A stretch of DNA of 64,000 bases. It comes from an uncultured Thermoplasmata archaeon. Its GTDB lineage: Archaea > Thermoplasmatota > Thermoplasmata > Lutacidiplasmatales > UBA184. Positions 20,715 to 30,894 of the stretch are shown piece by piece (positions within the stretch are counted from its first letter, which is position 1; every line of letters starts with the position of its first letter). The stretch lies in the NCBI GenBank assembly GCA_963771555.1, contig CAVYTM010000003.1:51410-115409 (forward strand). Reading direction: 5' to 3'. The notes under the pieces are model-generated. The model saw nothing but the letters and a program-made list of their open reading frames with translations, was not told where the DNA came from and did not search any database. The position numbers were made by a program, and so were the translations under genes.

Positions 20715-21932
20715 TCAGAGAGGGAATGCCGGAAGGCTTGCAACCTTTTGGGGAGGCATCCGTACGCGGGCTCCCGGTCGGAGCTCGATGGCGTCGGTGT
20801 ACACCACCTGGTCGGCGCTCGCTCCGTCCGCAAGGACGACCCGGCGCGCGAGGACGTTGCGCGCCTCGGCCTTCTCATCGAGCTCCACCGAGTCGCCGTA
20901 GAGGTCCTCGACGGTGGCTTTCGCCCCGATCTTGATCGTGCCACCGACCAGCGGTCCCACCGCTCGGGACTTCCGATGGAGGGTGATGCGAGCGGCCTTC
21001 AGTCCCTCGCGGGTCGCGACGGCCCCACCGATCTCGGCGTCGGCCGAGAAGATCGCGCGCTGAGCCGAGATCCGGCCGCCTACCTCGAGCTCGGTCCCTG
21101 ATAGCGCTCCGCCGACGGAGATCATACCCCCGACCTCGAGCTTGCCGGAAAGTTCGAGGGAGCCGTCCACCGTGAACTTCCCCCCGACCTCCACGTTCCG
21201 GCCCTTGCCGTTCCCGCTGATCGTTCCGAGACCACCGATCTCGAGGTCTTCGAAGGTGAGGTCTCGCTCGGCCGTCATCATTCCCCCGGCCTCGATCCGC
21301 CCGCCCTTCGCGGCGTCGCGGAATCGTGCGATCCCACCGACCTCGAGCCCGCCGAACTCGAACGGGGCTTCGGAGCTGAACGTGCCTCCCACTTCGACCT
21401 TGCGGCGCACGATACCACCGGCGAGGCGAACGACCCCTCCGACCTCGAGGGTATCGAGTTCGACGTCGCGCAGCTCCACCGAGCCCCCGGCCTCGACCGA
21501 GCTCGCGGTGAGCTTTCCGGCGAGACGGAACTTCCCCCCCACCGAGACCGACTTCGCCGTGAGAGTCTGGGCGCCCTCGAGCTTTCCGCCGACTTCGAAC
21601 TGTTCGGCCGTGGCGGGACCCCCCACCGTGAGTCCCCGGTCGGCGTCCACGCGGCGGGCCTTGAACTCGCCGTCGACCTCCACCGTTCCGTCCCGGGTCT
21701 CGAGATCTTCCCGGACGAAAAGGTGACCTCGGACGCGGACGGTGCCGTCTTCGGACCGGAACGAGCCGCATTCCATGTCCCCGCGGACATCGGCGTTCCC
21801 GTCGAACCGCGCCTGTCCCGAGACCGCCAACCGGCCGTCGACATCGATGGCCGAGTCTCGTTCGACCCTCAGGTCTCCGTCGAGGGTGCCGAGCCGGACC
21901 ATGCCGCCGCGAGGAACACGCGTCTCCGTCAT
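20715..21932 (-). CDS. Polymer-forming cytoskeletal (bactofilin-like) beta-helix repeat protein
   Basis: Continuous repeats such as VEVGGKFTVDGSLELSGKLEVGG over about 400 aa; start MTETRVP. Confidence 0.7.
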   Translation of the reverse strand: MTETRVPRGGMVRLGTLDGDLRVERDSAIDVDGRLAVSGQARFDGNADVRGDMECGSFRSEDGTVRVRGHLFVREDLETRDGTVEVDGEFKARRVDADRGLTVGGPATAEQFEVGGKLEGAQTLTAKSVSVGGKFRLAGKLTASSVEAGGSVELRDVELDTLEVGGVVRLAGGIVRRKVEVGGTFSSEAPFEFGGLEVGGIARFRDAAKGGRIEAGGMMTAERDLTFEDLEIGGLGTISGNGKGRNVEVGGKFTVDGSLELSGKLEVGGMISVGGALSGTELEVGGRISAQRAIFSADAEIGGAVATREGLKAARITLHRKSRAVGPLVGGTIKIGAKATVEDLYGDSVELDEKAEARNVLARRVVLADGASADQVVYTDAIELRPGARVRMPPQKVASLPAFPL

Positions 21933-22044
21933 CGAACGGGCAAGGGTCGTCCCCCATCTATAGGGGTAGGTCACGTTCGGTGACTACCGGGAGGGACGGG
22001 ACACCCCCGCGGAAGCGCCAAGAGCCGGCGTCCCTCCCCGGTGC

Positions 22045-22758
22045 GTGGCCGACACCCTCGAGACCGTGCGCCGTGAGGTGGTCGCCTGCTCCCGGTGCCC
22101 GCGCCTGGTCCGATATCGCGAGCGGGTGGCTCGGGAAAAGAAACGGGAGTTCCGGAACGACGAATACTGGGGCCGCCCCGTTCCCGGATTCGGCGACCCG
22201 ACCGCCCGACTCGTGGTTGTCGGGCTCGCTCCGGCGGCTCATGGCTCGAACCGTACCGGTCGAGTATTCACGGGCGACCGATCAGCAGCGTTCCTCGTTC
22301 GCGCGTTCTACGAAGCTGGTTTCGCGAGCCAACCCACGTCCGTGCGTCGGAACGATGGACTCCGGTATCGCGACCTCTACCTGACGGCCGCGGTGCGATG
22401 CGCTCCGCCGGAAAATCGGCCCCTGCCGGAGGAGCGAGGAAGCTGCGCTCCGTTCCTCGAGCGCGAGCTTCGCCTGCTTACCGAAACGCGCGCGGTGCTC
22501 GCCCTCGGCGGGTTTGCTTGGGACGCGGTCCGCGAGGTGCTCCCTCGGGTGTACGGGGGCGAACGTCCGGCGGGAGATTTTGGCCACGGCGCCTGCGTCC
22601 CCCTCGGGCCCGGCCGTCCGATGCTCTGGGGGTCGTACCATCCGAGTCCGCAGAACACCAACACCGGCAAACTGACGATGTCCGAGCTGGTCGGACTCCT
22701 CGAACGCATTCGCGCCTCCTACGAACCGAGCGCGACCCCCGGGACACGTCAATCTTAA
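22045..22758 (+). CDS. Uracil-DNA glycosylase, family 5 (UdgB)
   Basis: CxxC Fe-S, GLAPAAHGSNRTGRVFTGD, VRCAPP, YHPSPQNTNTG. Confidence 0.92.
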   Translation: MADTLETVRREVVACSRCPRLVRYRERVAREKKREFRNDEYWGRPVPGFGDPTARLVVVGLAPAAHGSNRTGRVFTGDRSAAFLVRAFYEAGFASQPTSVRRNDGLRYRDLYLTAAVRCAPPENRPLPEERGSCAPFLERELRLLTETRAVLALGGFAWDAVREVLPRVYGGERPAGDFGHGACVPLGPGRPMLWGSYHPSPQNTNTGKLTMSELVGLLERIRASYEPSATPGTRQS

Positions 22759-22785
22759 CCGGTCGAACCGGTCAGCGAGTCAACG

Positions 22786-24702
22786 ATGGATTTCGAACTT
22801 CTGGACCGGGACGGTCTTGCACGGCGGGGACGGTTCACCACTCCGCACGGAGTCATCGAGACCCCCGCGCTCCTGCCCGTGGTCCACCCCGACCCCGCGC
22901 GGCAGCCGGTCCCGCCGGAAGAGATGCGCTCCCGCCTCGGGGTTCGGGCCGTGATCACCTCGGCCTACATCACCTGGCGAACCCCCCCGCTCCGAAAGGT
23001 CGCCGAGCAAGAAGGGATCCACCGACTGATCCGTTTCGATGGGCCGGTGATGACCGACTCGGGTGCGTTCCAGCAGCACGCCTACGGGTCCGTCGAGGTG
23101 ACACCGACCGAGATCGTGGCCTTTCAGAACGCGATCGGTAGCGACATCGCGACCGTGCTCGACGTGTTCACCGAGCCCGAGGACAGTTACGAGGAGACCG
23201 AGTCGGCGCTCAACGCCACGATCGATCGAGCCCGGGCGAGCCGGCTCTCCCGAACCGGGCTCCTCGCCGTTCCGGTCCAAGGCGGGTCCTATTCGGACCT
23301 TCGTGCGCGGTCTGCGCGCGCCGCGAGCGAGGTCGGCGACGTCCTCGCGGTCGGCGGAGTGGTGCCGCTCATGGAACAATATCGCTTCCCCGAGCTCGTC
23401 CGTGTCCTGGTCGCGACCCGCTCGAGCCTCTCGCCCGCGTGCGCGGTCCACCTCTTCGGCACCGGGCACCCGATGACATTCGCGCTGGCCGCGCTCTTCG
23501 GGGTCGACCTGTTCGACTCGTCCGCGTATCACAAGTTCGCGCGACGAGGCAGTCTCATGTTCCCGGAAGGGACCGTTCCGCTCGACGAGCTACGGGAGAA
23601 CTCCTGCCGGTGCTTTCTTTGCGCCGAGCTCCCGCTCACCGAGGTCGCGCGACTCCCGGCGGACGAACGAGAGCGAAGGGTGGCGTACCACAACCTCCTG
23701 GTCTCGGTCGAAGAGATCGGCCGGGTCCGCCAGGCGATCCAGGACGGGACGCTGTGGGAGCTCGCCGAACGGCGAACGACGGCGCACCCGGCCCTGCGCG
23801 CAGGCCTGAAGGAGGCCATGGCCCATCCGGACGTGTTCCTTCCGGCCGAGCCCGAGTCCCGTCGAGCGTTCCGAGAGGTGGTGGTGGAGAGCGCGGGGCG
23901 TCCGGCGGCGGTCCGATTCCGGCACGCGGTAGAGGTTTACCAGACCGGAAGGATGGCGAGCCACGAGGTCCCCCGGTTCCCGTTACGTCCCGAGTATCTT
24001 CGATACCTTCCGGCGAGCGACCGGTCGGGTGTTCCTCTGGAATGGGAGAGCCTGACCGCCTTCGGCCGGGTCCCGGTGGAACTGGGCGACCTCTACCCCG
24101 TGGGTCCCTATCTGGGCGTCGAGGAGTTCCTCGCCCGACCCCACCACCGGTCCCCCTCGATGTTCGCAACAGCTGTGGCGGAATCGGCCGGGCTCGACGC
24201 GGACCTCGACCGGGATTGGACCTCGGCCTGGGACGAGCGGCAGGTCGTGCGCCTGCTCGAATGGCGGTACGGCCGGGCGGTCGCGTCAAGTCTCGCCGAG
24301 GGCCTCCGCGGCGACCGCTCCCGGAGGACCGGTCGACTTCGTGCCATGATGCGCGACGGACAACCCGAGCTCGTTGTCGGTACCGACGGGATCCCCCGAC
24401 CGACGTTTCGCGGCGGGGTCCACCTTCATGCGAAGTTGGCGCCGGGCCGGGAGCGGGTCGTGGTCCACGCGGATGCGGTCCCGTTCGTGCGCGAGGGCCG
24501 GAGCCTCTTCTCGACGTTCGTGATGCAGGCCGACCCCGCCCTCGTTCCGGGCGCCTCCGCGCTCCTCGTCGACGAGAACGACGTGCTCCTCTCGGTCGGC
24601 CGATTGGTGCTCGCCCCGAACGAGATGGGCCGCCTCCGACGGGGCGTCGCCGTACGCGTCACCGCTCACGCCCGGTCCCGGGCTCCGGAGCCCGAAGAGT
24701 GA
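22786..24702 (+). CDS. tgtA: tRNA-guanine(15) transglycosylase (archaeosine) with C-terminal PUA domain
   Basis: ETPALLPV, MTDSGAFQ, VHLFGTGHP, FDSS, CxCxxC..H, PUA (FVREGRSLF..GVAVRV). Confidence 0.95.
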   Translation: MDFELLDRDGLARRGRFTTPHGVIETPALLPVVHPDPARQPVPPEEMRSRLGVRAVITSAYITWRTPPLRKVAEQEGIHRLIRFDGPVMTDSGAFQQHAYGSVEVTPTEIVAFQNAIGSDIATVLDVFTEPEDSYEETESALNATIDRARASRLSRTGLLAVPVQGGSYSDLRARSARAASEVGDVLAVGGVVPLMEQYRFPELVRVLVATRSSLSPACAVHLFGTGHPMTFALAALFGVDLFDSSAYHKFARRGSLMFPEGTVPLDELRENSCRCFLCAELPLTEVARLPADERERRVAYHNLLVSVEEIGRVRQAIQDGTLWELAERRTTAHPALRAGLKEAMAHPDVFLPAEPESRRAFREVVVESAGRPAAVRFRHAVEVYQTGRMASHEVPRFPLRPEYLRYLPASDRSGVPLEWESLTAFGRVPVELGDLYPVGPYLGVEEFLARPHHRSPSMFATAVAESAGLDADLDRDWTSAWDERQVVRLLEWRYGRAVASSLAEGLRGDRSRRTGRLRAMMRDGQPELVVGTDGIPRPTFRGGVHLHAKLAPGRERVVVHADAVPFVREGRSLFSTFVMQADPALVPGASALLVDENDVLLSVGRLVLAPNEMGRLRRGVAVRVTAHARSRAPEPEE

Positions 24703-24798
24703 ACGGGACGGTCGCGGCAGCGCGCTCGGACCTCCGCTCGACCGTCCGTCTTTAATCCCGCCAAGGCTAGCGCGGACCGGGTTCTTCCCACCGATTCG

Positions 24799-25030
24799 AT
24801 GACCAAGACGTTCCTCCTCGTCCAGCTCGACAGCGAAGGCGCCCCTTACTCCGAGGTCGCGACCATCCTCGAGGACCTCGGCTTCCGGCCGGAGACGGAG
24901 GGCTACGACTTCCAGTACCGATTGGGGACGAGCGGTGAGCGTGGCGGAATCCCTGGCCTTCGCGGACCGGATCCAGGAAGCGCTGCGCGGCTCGCGCGTG
25001 CGGTTCCGGATCGAGTCGACCGAGGACTGA
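24799..25030 (+). CDS. Small hypothetical protein (~76 aa, apparent +1 insertion ~24919)
   Basis: MTKTFLLVQLDSEGAPYSEVATILEDLGF..GYDFQY then DWGRAVSVAESLAFADRIQEALRGSRVRFRIESTED* in the adjacent frame; TATA-like TTTAAT ~24751. Confidence 0.7.
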
Positions 25031-25080
25031 ACCCCTCCCCTCGGCCGGGGGGTTATTACCCACTCGACGGTGGAAGGACG

Positions 25081-26067
25081 ATGGTCGTCCTCGGCATCGA
25101 GTCGACGGCGCACACGGCCTCGGTCGGTATCGTCGGAGCCGACGCCCAGGTTCTCGGCCTCGCCTCTGATTTCTATCGTCCCCCCACGGGGGGAATCCAT
25201 CCGCGGGAGGCCGCGAACCACCACGTCGAGGTCCTGCCGTCGCTCGTCGGGCGGGCTCTGGAGGCCGCGGGCGTACGACCGAACGAGATCGACGCGGTGG
25301 CCTTCGCCCAGGGACCCGGCCTCGGACCGTGCCTCCGGGCCGGCGCGACCGTCGCCCGCATGCTCTCGCTCGCATGGAACCGCCCTCTCGTACCGGTGAA
25401 CCACTGCGTCGCGCACGTCGAGATCGCTCGAGTCCTGAGCGGTCTCGACGACCCACTGCTGCTCTACGCGAGCGGAGGCAACACCCAGGTGATCTCCTAC
25501 GCACGCGGTCGATACCGGGTCCTCGGCGAGACGCTCGACATCGGAGTGGGGAATTTCCTCGACAAGCTGTGGATCGGCCTCGGAGGGACGTTCCCGGGCG
25601 GTCCGGCCATCGAGGCCGAAGCCCTGCTCGGGAAGGAGCTCCTGCCTCTACCGTATTCGGTCCACGGAATGGACGTGGCCTTCTCGGGAATGCTCACCGC
25701 GACCCTCGCGCTCCATGCGAAGGGGGCGAACCGACCGGACCTCGCCTACTCGGTCGAGGCGACCTCGTACTCGATGCTGACGGAGATCACCGAGCGTGCC
25801 CTCGCTCACCGCGGTCGGAACGCGGTCGTCCTCGGCGGAGGGGTCGCGTGCAACGAACGTCTTCGCGGCATGGTCCGAACGATGGTCGAGAGCCGCGGAG
25901 GGACGATGTTCGCGCCTCCCAAGTCGTTGTGCGTCGATAATGGGGCCATGATCGCCTGGACCGGGCAGCTGGCCTTCGGAGCGGGCGTGACGTCCTCGGT
26001 CGAGGCCTCCGCCGTCCAGCCGCGCCAGCGGACCGACCTCGTGTCCACTCCCTGGCGTGCCGACTAA
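25081..26067 (+). CDS. kae1: tRNA t6A threonylcarbamoyltransferase Kae1 (not fused to Bud32)
   Basis: LGIESTAH, GGIHPREAA, GPGLGPCL, HCVAH, GETLD, GGVACN, DNGAMIA. Confidence 0.96.
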   Translation: MVVLGIESTAHTASVGIVGADAQVLGLASDFYRPPTGGIHPREAANHHVEVLPSLVGRALEAAGVRPNEIDAVAFAQGPGLGPCLRAGATVARMLSLAWNRPLVPVNHCVAHVEIARVLSGLDDPLLLYASGGNTQVISYARGRYRVLGETLDIGVGNFLDKLWIGLGGTFPGGPAIEAEALLGKELLPLPYSVHGMDVAFSGMLTATLALHAKGANRPDLAYSVEATSYSMLTEITERALAHRGRNAVVLGGGVACNERLRGMVRTMVESRGGTMFAPPKSLCVDNGAMIAWTGQLAFGAGVTSSVEASAVQPRQRTDLVSTPWRAD

Positions 26068-26107
26068 TTGCTCCCGCCGTTAAGAGCGCGAGCTGGCTAG
26101 CGGAGTC

Positions 26108-27352
26108 GTGGACGAGCTCGACGTCCTCGTAGTGGGGGCCGGACCCGCCGGGTCGACCGCGGCGGCTCGGCTCGCCCAAGGAGGTCAGAAGGTTCGGGTC
26201 GTCGAGGAACATCCGAGGGTCGGGCACCCCGTCCAATGCGCGGGCCTCGTGTCACAACGGGTCCTCGACCTCGCCGGCTCGAATTCCATGGTCCGTACCT
26301 CGGTTCGCGGGGCGAGCGTCTTCGGCCCGTCCCTCGAATCGATCACTTTCCGAGCCGACGCTCCTCGCGCGTTCGTGATCGACCGGGCGGGTCTCGACGT
26401 GTATCTCGCGAATCGAGCGGTCGGCGCCGGAGCGGAAATCCGCACCTCGACCCGGTTCGATGGCATCGAGGGTGAGTCCGGCGACCGACTCACCGTCCGC
26501 CTGCGCGGTCCCGACGGGGGCCACGAGGAGGTTCGGACGAGGCTGGTCATCGGCGCCGACGGGGTCGCGAGCGCGGTCGCTCGAGCGTTCCGGCTGCGTC
26601 GACCGGTCGAGGTGCTCCCGGCGTTCGAAGCCGAGTTCCCGGTGAGCCCGGGCGACCCGGACACGGTCGAGGTCTACCTCGGACGCAAGTTCGCTCCCGG
26701 GCTCTTCGGATGGTGGATCCCGGACGGGGCGGGGGGAGCACGCGTCGGGGTCGCGACGGACGCGGACGGCACGCCCACGCGCCAGTACTTCGACCGGCTC
26801 CTCGAGCATCTCGAACGTCGTTTCGGTCGACGGCTCGCGAATCCGACCGCCTACCTCGTCTCGGGGATCCCGATCGGGACGCTGCCCCGGACCCATGCTC
26901 GACGCGCCCTCCTCGTCGGCGACGCGGCCGCGCAGGTGAAGCCCCTCTCGGGCGGGGGCATCTTCACGGGCATGCGGTGCGCGGAGATCGCCGCGGACGT
27001 TGCCCAGGTGGCCCTCGCGAACGGTGACCTCTCGGAGGCTTCCCTCGCCGAGTACGACCGACGCTGGCGCGCCGAGCTCGGCGAGGAGTTCCGGCGCGCG
27101 CTCTACCTGCGGCGCTTGTTCACGCGCCTCTCGGATGACGAGCTCGACCGGGTCATCCACGCCCTCAAGGGCGCCCACCTCGCCGCGACGATCGTCGCGT
27201 TCGGGGACATCGACTTCCCGACCCACGTGGCCCGCGAGCTGCTGAAGGAGTCACCGGGCCTTCTCCGTCTGCTCCCGAAAGCGGTCGGCGCCTGGGTCTC
27301 GTCCGGTCCCTACCGGGCGCCCGTGCTCGATTTCGGACCGCGTCGGAAGTAG
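26108..27352 (+). CDS. Geranylgeranyl reductase family FAD oxidoreductase
   Basis: VVGAGPAGS, PVQCAG, GADG, FGWWIP, GDAAAQVKPLSGGGI. Confidence 0.9.
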   Translation: MDELDVLVVGAGPAGSTAAARLAQGGQKVRVVEEHPRVGHPVQCAGLVSQRVLDLAGSNSMVRTSVRGASVFGPSLESITFRADAPRAFVIDRAGLDVYLANRAVGAGAEIRTSTRFDGIEGESGDRLTVRLRGPDGGHEEVRTRLVIGADGVASAVARAFRLRRPVEVLPAFEAEFPVSPGDPDTVEVYLGRKFAPGLFGWWIPDGAGGARVGVATDADGTPTRQYFDRLLEHLERRFGRRLANPTAYLVSGIPIGTLPRTHARRALLVGDAAAQVKPLSGGGIFTGMRCAEIAADVAQVALANGDLSEASLAEYDRRWRAELGEEFRRALYLRRLFTRLSDDELDRVIHALKGAHLAATIVAFGDIDFPTHVARELLKESPGLLRLLPKAVGAWVSSGPYRAPVLDFGPRRK

Positions 27353-28053
27353 ACGAACGCTCCCGCGCCCACGAGAACGATCGACGCCCCGAGGATGAGC
27401 GCGAGCGCCCAGTCCCAATCGGAGCTCGAAACGAGGATCGCCGTCTCCGCGGTCACACCCGAGACCCCGAGGGTCGTCAGGTTGAGGGTCACGCTCCCGT
27501 TCGGGAGTTCGGTCGCCGCGGCCCAGAGGCTCGCCGTGAACCATCCTCGGGATTCCAGGCGGTAATGAGTTCCGTTCGCCGTGAACGAGAGCGCCGTTCG
27601 AACCGCGAAGGTGCCGGCCGGCGTGTCGGAGGCCGTCGCCACTCCGACGGAGCCGTCGAAGTGAGTTCCGGGTAGGATGGTGTTGAGCGACACGTTGACA
27701 GTCGTCCCGGAGGAACTGGCCCCGAGAAGGACGGGCGTTCCCGCACTCGCGATCGAGGAGGTTGCGTTGCCCGGAAACGCGTTGAAGGCGTAGACATCGA
27801 GCGAGAGGGTCACGTTGGTCATCGATGCGAACGTCGAGGGGTCCGCGACCTGGAATTTGAGGGCACTCTGGCCCCCGGGAGTCATGTCGGCGCCGGAAAG
27901 GTTCGAGAGGAACTTCGAATCGAACGCGAGAGGGAGCGCGGGGAACGGGGCCGCTCGGGAGGTCGGGACCACGGCCGTCAGCGCCGCGACGGCCAGGGCG
28001 ATCGCGAGGAAGGTCGAGAGGACGCGTCGTGCGGGTCGGGTGTGATCACCCAC
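27310..28053 (-). CDS. Secreted protein with C-terminal membrane anchor
   Basis: Signal peptide (RRVLSTFLAIALAVAALTA), beta-rich body, C-terminal TM then RR; start overlaps the upstream peptidase stop. Confidence 0.7.
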   Translation of the reverse strand: MGDHTRPARRVLSTFLAIALAVAALTAVVPTSRAAPFPALPLAFDSKFLSNLSGADMTPGGQSALKFQVADPSTFASMTNVTLSLDVYAFNAFPGNATSSIASAGTPVLLGASSSGTTVNVSLNTILPGTHFDGSVGVATASDTPAGTFAVRTALSFTANGTHYRLESRGWFTASLWAAATELPNGSVTLNLTTLGVSGVTAETAILVSSSDWDWALALILGASIVLVGAGAFVYFRRGPKSSTGAR

Positions 28054-28943
28054 CGAATTCCTCCGGGAACCGTCCGCTCTCCGCGAGCGCGACGAGCCGC
28101 CGGATCCGCTCCATGGCATGGCGCCGTCCTCGTCGCCCGCCGACGCCCAGAAGCCCGGGAACGCCACGGGTCGTAGGAGGGGAAAGGAAGGCCGCCTTGT
28201 AAAGCGCCCGTGCCATGGCCCGCGGCCGTCGGGTCAGCTCGACCGCGTCCAGGTCTGCGCGATACTCCTCGCGGCTCGTGAGGGACTCGGCAAAGTAGGC
28301 GAGGATCGGGTCCCAACGCATGAGCCTCGAGAGGGTTCGGAAGAACGTCAGGTACCGACCATCGAGCTCCCGAAGATGACCGACCTCGTGCGCGAGCACG
28401 GCCTCCCATTCTTGGGGCTCGAGCTCGGCGAGAAGCCGGTCCGACACCAGGATCACGTCCCGCCGTCGGATACCCCGTTCGCCGCCGCGCTCGAGAAGAG
28501 TGAAGGCGAACGCGCCACCGGTTTCCGACCGGAAGGCCCGGAGGCTCGTCACGGTCGTCGGGGCAGGGACCCCCGACGGCCACGGAAGTTCGTGCGAGGG
28601 AAACAGCCGAAGAAAACCTCGGCCGACCGTTTGGCTCAGGAGGAAAGGCGGTCAGGAACACGAGGAACGCGCCGAGAGCACCCGCGACCCAAACGAACGC
28701 GGAGGTCGGTGAGAAGAGGAGAGTCGGTGTCCGCGCCAGTCGGAGGAGGGCGTCCCAGCCGCCGTTCGAGAGCACCCAGGCGAGCGCGGTGGTCGCGAAC
28801 AGGGCCCACACCCCAAGGAACAGTGCCGTCAAGCGAAAGACCGTCGACGACCCTGACCGCCGGAAGGCGAGCGCGAGCGAGAGCCCGAGCGCGGCCCAAA
28901 GGACCACCGGCACGTAGAGGAAGGCGAGCGCGGCTACCGCCAT
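28046..28943 (-). CDS. BlaR1/M56-M48-like membrane zinc peptidase (frameshift ~28640)
   Basis: N-terminal TMs; AVLAHEVGH, EYRADLDAV, AMARALYK. Confidence 0.82.
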
Positions 28944-28961
28944 GATCGGGTCAGTGCGGGC

Positions 28962-29321
28962 TCAACCGAGCCCGAGGCGGCGTCGAAGCTCTCGCTCTTC
29001 TTTCGGCTTCAGCTTCGCGATTTCCTCGTTCAGGTGGACGACCCCCGAGGGGCCGAACATGTCGACCACCCCGCGGAGCACGTTCATGAGGTATTTGTGC
29101 TCGACGACCGCGGGCCGGTACACATATCGCTCGCCGCCCCGGCACGTCTCGCGACGCCGCCTGACGAGCCCCTTCGTGAACAGCCGGGAGAGAATCGTGG
29201 CCACGGTGGTGTACGCGACGCGCACCCCACGGCGTTCGAGCGCTTTGCGGACGTCCCGCGCGGGAGCCTCCCCCAGGCCCCGCAGCGAGGACAGCACCTC
29301 CGTTTCGAGCGAACCGAGCAT
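28962..29321 (-). CDS. BlaI/MecI/CopY-family repressor
   Basis: LGSLETEVL..AYTTVATILSRLFTKGLVRR..YVYRP. Confidence 0.9.
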   Translation of the reverse strand: MLGSLETEVLSSLRGLGEAPARDVRKALERRGVRVAYTTVATILSRLFTKGLVRRRRETCRGGERYVYRPAVVEHKYLMNVLRGVVDMFGPSGVVHLNEEIAKLKPKEERELRRRLGLG

Positions 29322-29493
29322 TCCCGAGGTGCCTCGTCCGGCCGAAAAAGAGAGGGACCCGCCTTAAGACATTGGACGGAGGTGAACGAACCAGTTCGTA
29401 CCAACCGTATTCTTCGGTGAGGGCCCCCGGGGAAGGGCGGTCGTCCGCGCCGGGCCGGCAAGGGTTAATGGGGAACCCTCGTTCGGCGCCTCC

Positions 29494-30894
29494 GTGCCCG
29501 CCCGGAACGCAGTGCCGGAGAGCATCCTCGACCTCATCGGCAACACGCCCATGGTTCCGCTTCGGCGGGTGGCCCACGGCCTGCCGTACCGCATCCTCGC
29601 GAAGCTCGAATACCTGAACCCCGGCGGCTCGGTGAAGGACCGTATCGGGACCTCGATGATCGAATCGGCGGAGAAGGACGGCCGATTGAAGCCGGGCGGC
29701 ACGATCGTGGAGGCAACGAGCGGCAACACGGGCGTCGGTCTCGCGCTGGTCGCGGCGGTACGAGGGTACCGTATCGTGTTCGTCATCCCCGACAAGATGA
29801 GCTCGGAAAAGATCCGGCTCTTGCGCGCGTACGGCGCCCGTGTGGTGGTGACGCCCGCCGGTATCCCCCCCGACCACCCCATGAGCCACTATTCCGTGGC
29901 ACGCCGGCTGGCGGAGGAGATCCCCGGTGCCTACTACCCGAATCAGTACGAGAATTCCGGGAACCCCGATGCCCACTACCGGACGACCGGACCTGAGATC
30001 GACCAGGACGTCCCGAAGGAACTCGGAGCGGTCGTGGGGACGGTCGGGACCGGCGGCACGATGAGTGGCGTGGGTCGGTACTTCAAGGAGCATCGCCCGT
30101 CGGTCCGGGTGGTCGCCGTCGACCCGGCCGGCTCCGTGCTCGGCCCGTACTTCCGGACCCACCAGCTCGGGAAGGCCGCTCCCTACCAAGTGGAGGGGAT
30201 CGGGGAGGATATGATCCCAAAGTCGATCCAGTTCCAGTACCTGGACGACTTCGTGGAAGTGGGCGACCGCGAATCGTTCCTGATGGCCCGTCGCCTCGCC
30301 CAGGAGGAAGGACTGTTCGTCGGCGGCTCGTCCGGCTCGGCGGTGGTCGGAGCGCTGCGCTGGCTCTCCGACCGGCCCCTGCCCGACGGGAGCACGGTGG
30401 TCGTGATCCTGCCCGATTCGGGCGATCGATACCTGTCGAAGTTCTACTCGGACGATTGGATGCGCGAGAAGGGATTCCTCGACGTGGGCGCGACCGCCCG
30501 CGACCTGCTCTCCCGCAAGACCAACACTCCGGCACTCGTGGCAGTGGAACGCACCACCGTCGTCCGCGACGCGCTGGCACTGCTCCGTCATCACGGGATC
30601 GCTCAGGCCCCGGTCCTCACTGGCACGAGCAACGTCGGTCGGGTCGAGGAGGACGACATTCTGCGTCGGAGCCTGATGGACGAGACCGTGCTCGACCGCT
30701 CCGTCGGGGCGGTCCCGTCGGAACCGTTCCCCGAGGTCCCGGCCGACGCCCCCGTCGCCGAACTCCTTCGTCGTCTCCGGGAGGAAGGAACGGTGGTGGT
30801 GCGCGACGCGGTCACGGGGGCCGTCATCGGGGTGCTTACCCGTCACGACCTCCTAGGATACCTCTCCGAGGAAGGCGGGCAACATGCGATTTAA
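29494..30894 (+). CDS. Cystathionine beta-synthase with C-terminal CBS domains
   Basis: IGNTP, NPGGSVKDR (PLP Lys), TSGNTG, GTGGT, EGIG, DSGDRYLSK; two CBS repeats. Confidence 0.9.
   Translation: MPARNAVPESILDLIGNTPMVPLRRVAHGLPYRILAKLEYLNPGGSVKDRIGTSMIESAEKDGRLKPGGTIVEATSGNTGVGLALVAAVRGYRIVFVIPDKMSSEKIRLLRAYGARVVVTPAGIPPDHPMSHYSVARRLAEEIPGAYYPNQYENSGNPDAHYRTTGPEIDQDVPKELGAVVGTVGTGGTMSGVGRYFKEHRPSVRVVAVDPAGSVLGPYFRTHQLGKAAPYQVEGIGEDMIPKSIQFQYLDDFVEVGDRESFLMARRLAQEEGLFVGGSSGSAVVGALRWLSDRPLPDGSTVVVILPDSGDRYLSKFYSDDWMREKGFLDVGATARDLLSRKTNTPALVAVERTTVVRDALALLRHHGIAQAPVLTGTSNVGRVEEDDILRRSLMDETVLDRSVGAVPSEPFPEVPADAPVAELLRRLREEGTVVVRDAVTGAVIGVLTRHDLLGYLSEEGGQHAI

Noticed and set aside
20715-21932. 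DNA-level repeats (CCGACCTCGAG-like) resembling a CRISPR or tandem array
   Set aside because: They are imperfect, in frame, and explained by the protein repeat EVGG; no fixed repeat-spacer structure and no cas genes.
24799-26067. Kae1 with a novel N-terminal extension
   Set aside because: Kae1 starts canonically at 25081; the upstream part is a separate small gene broken by one inserted base.
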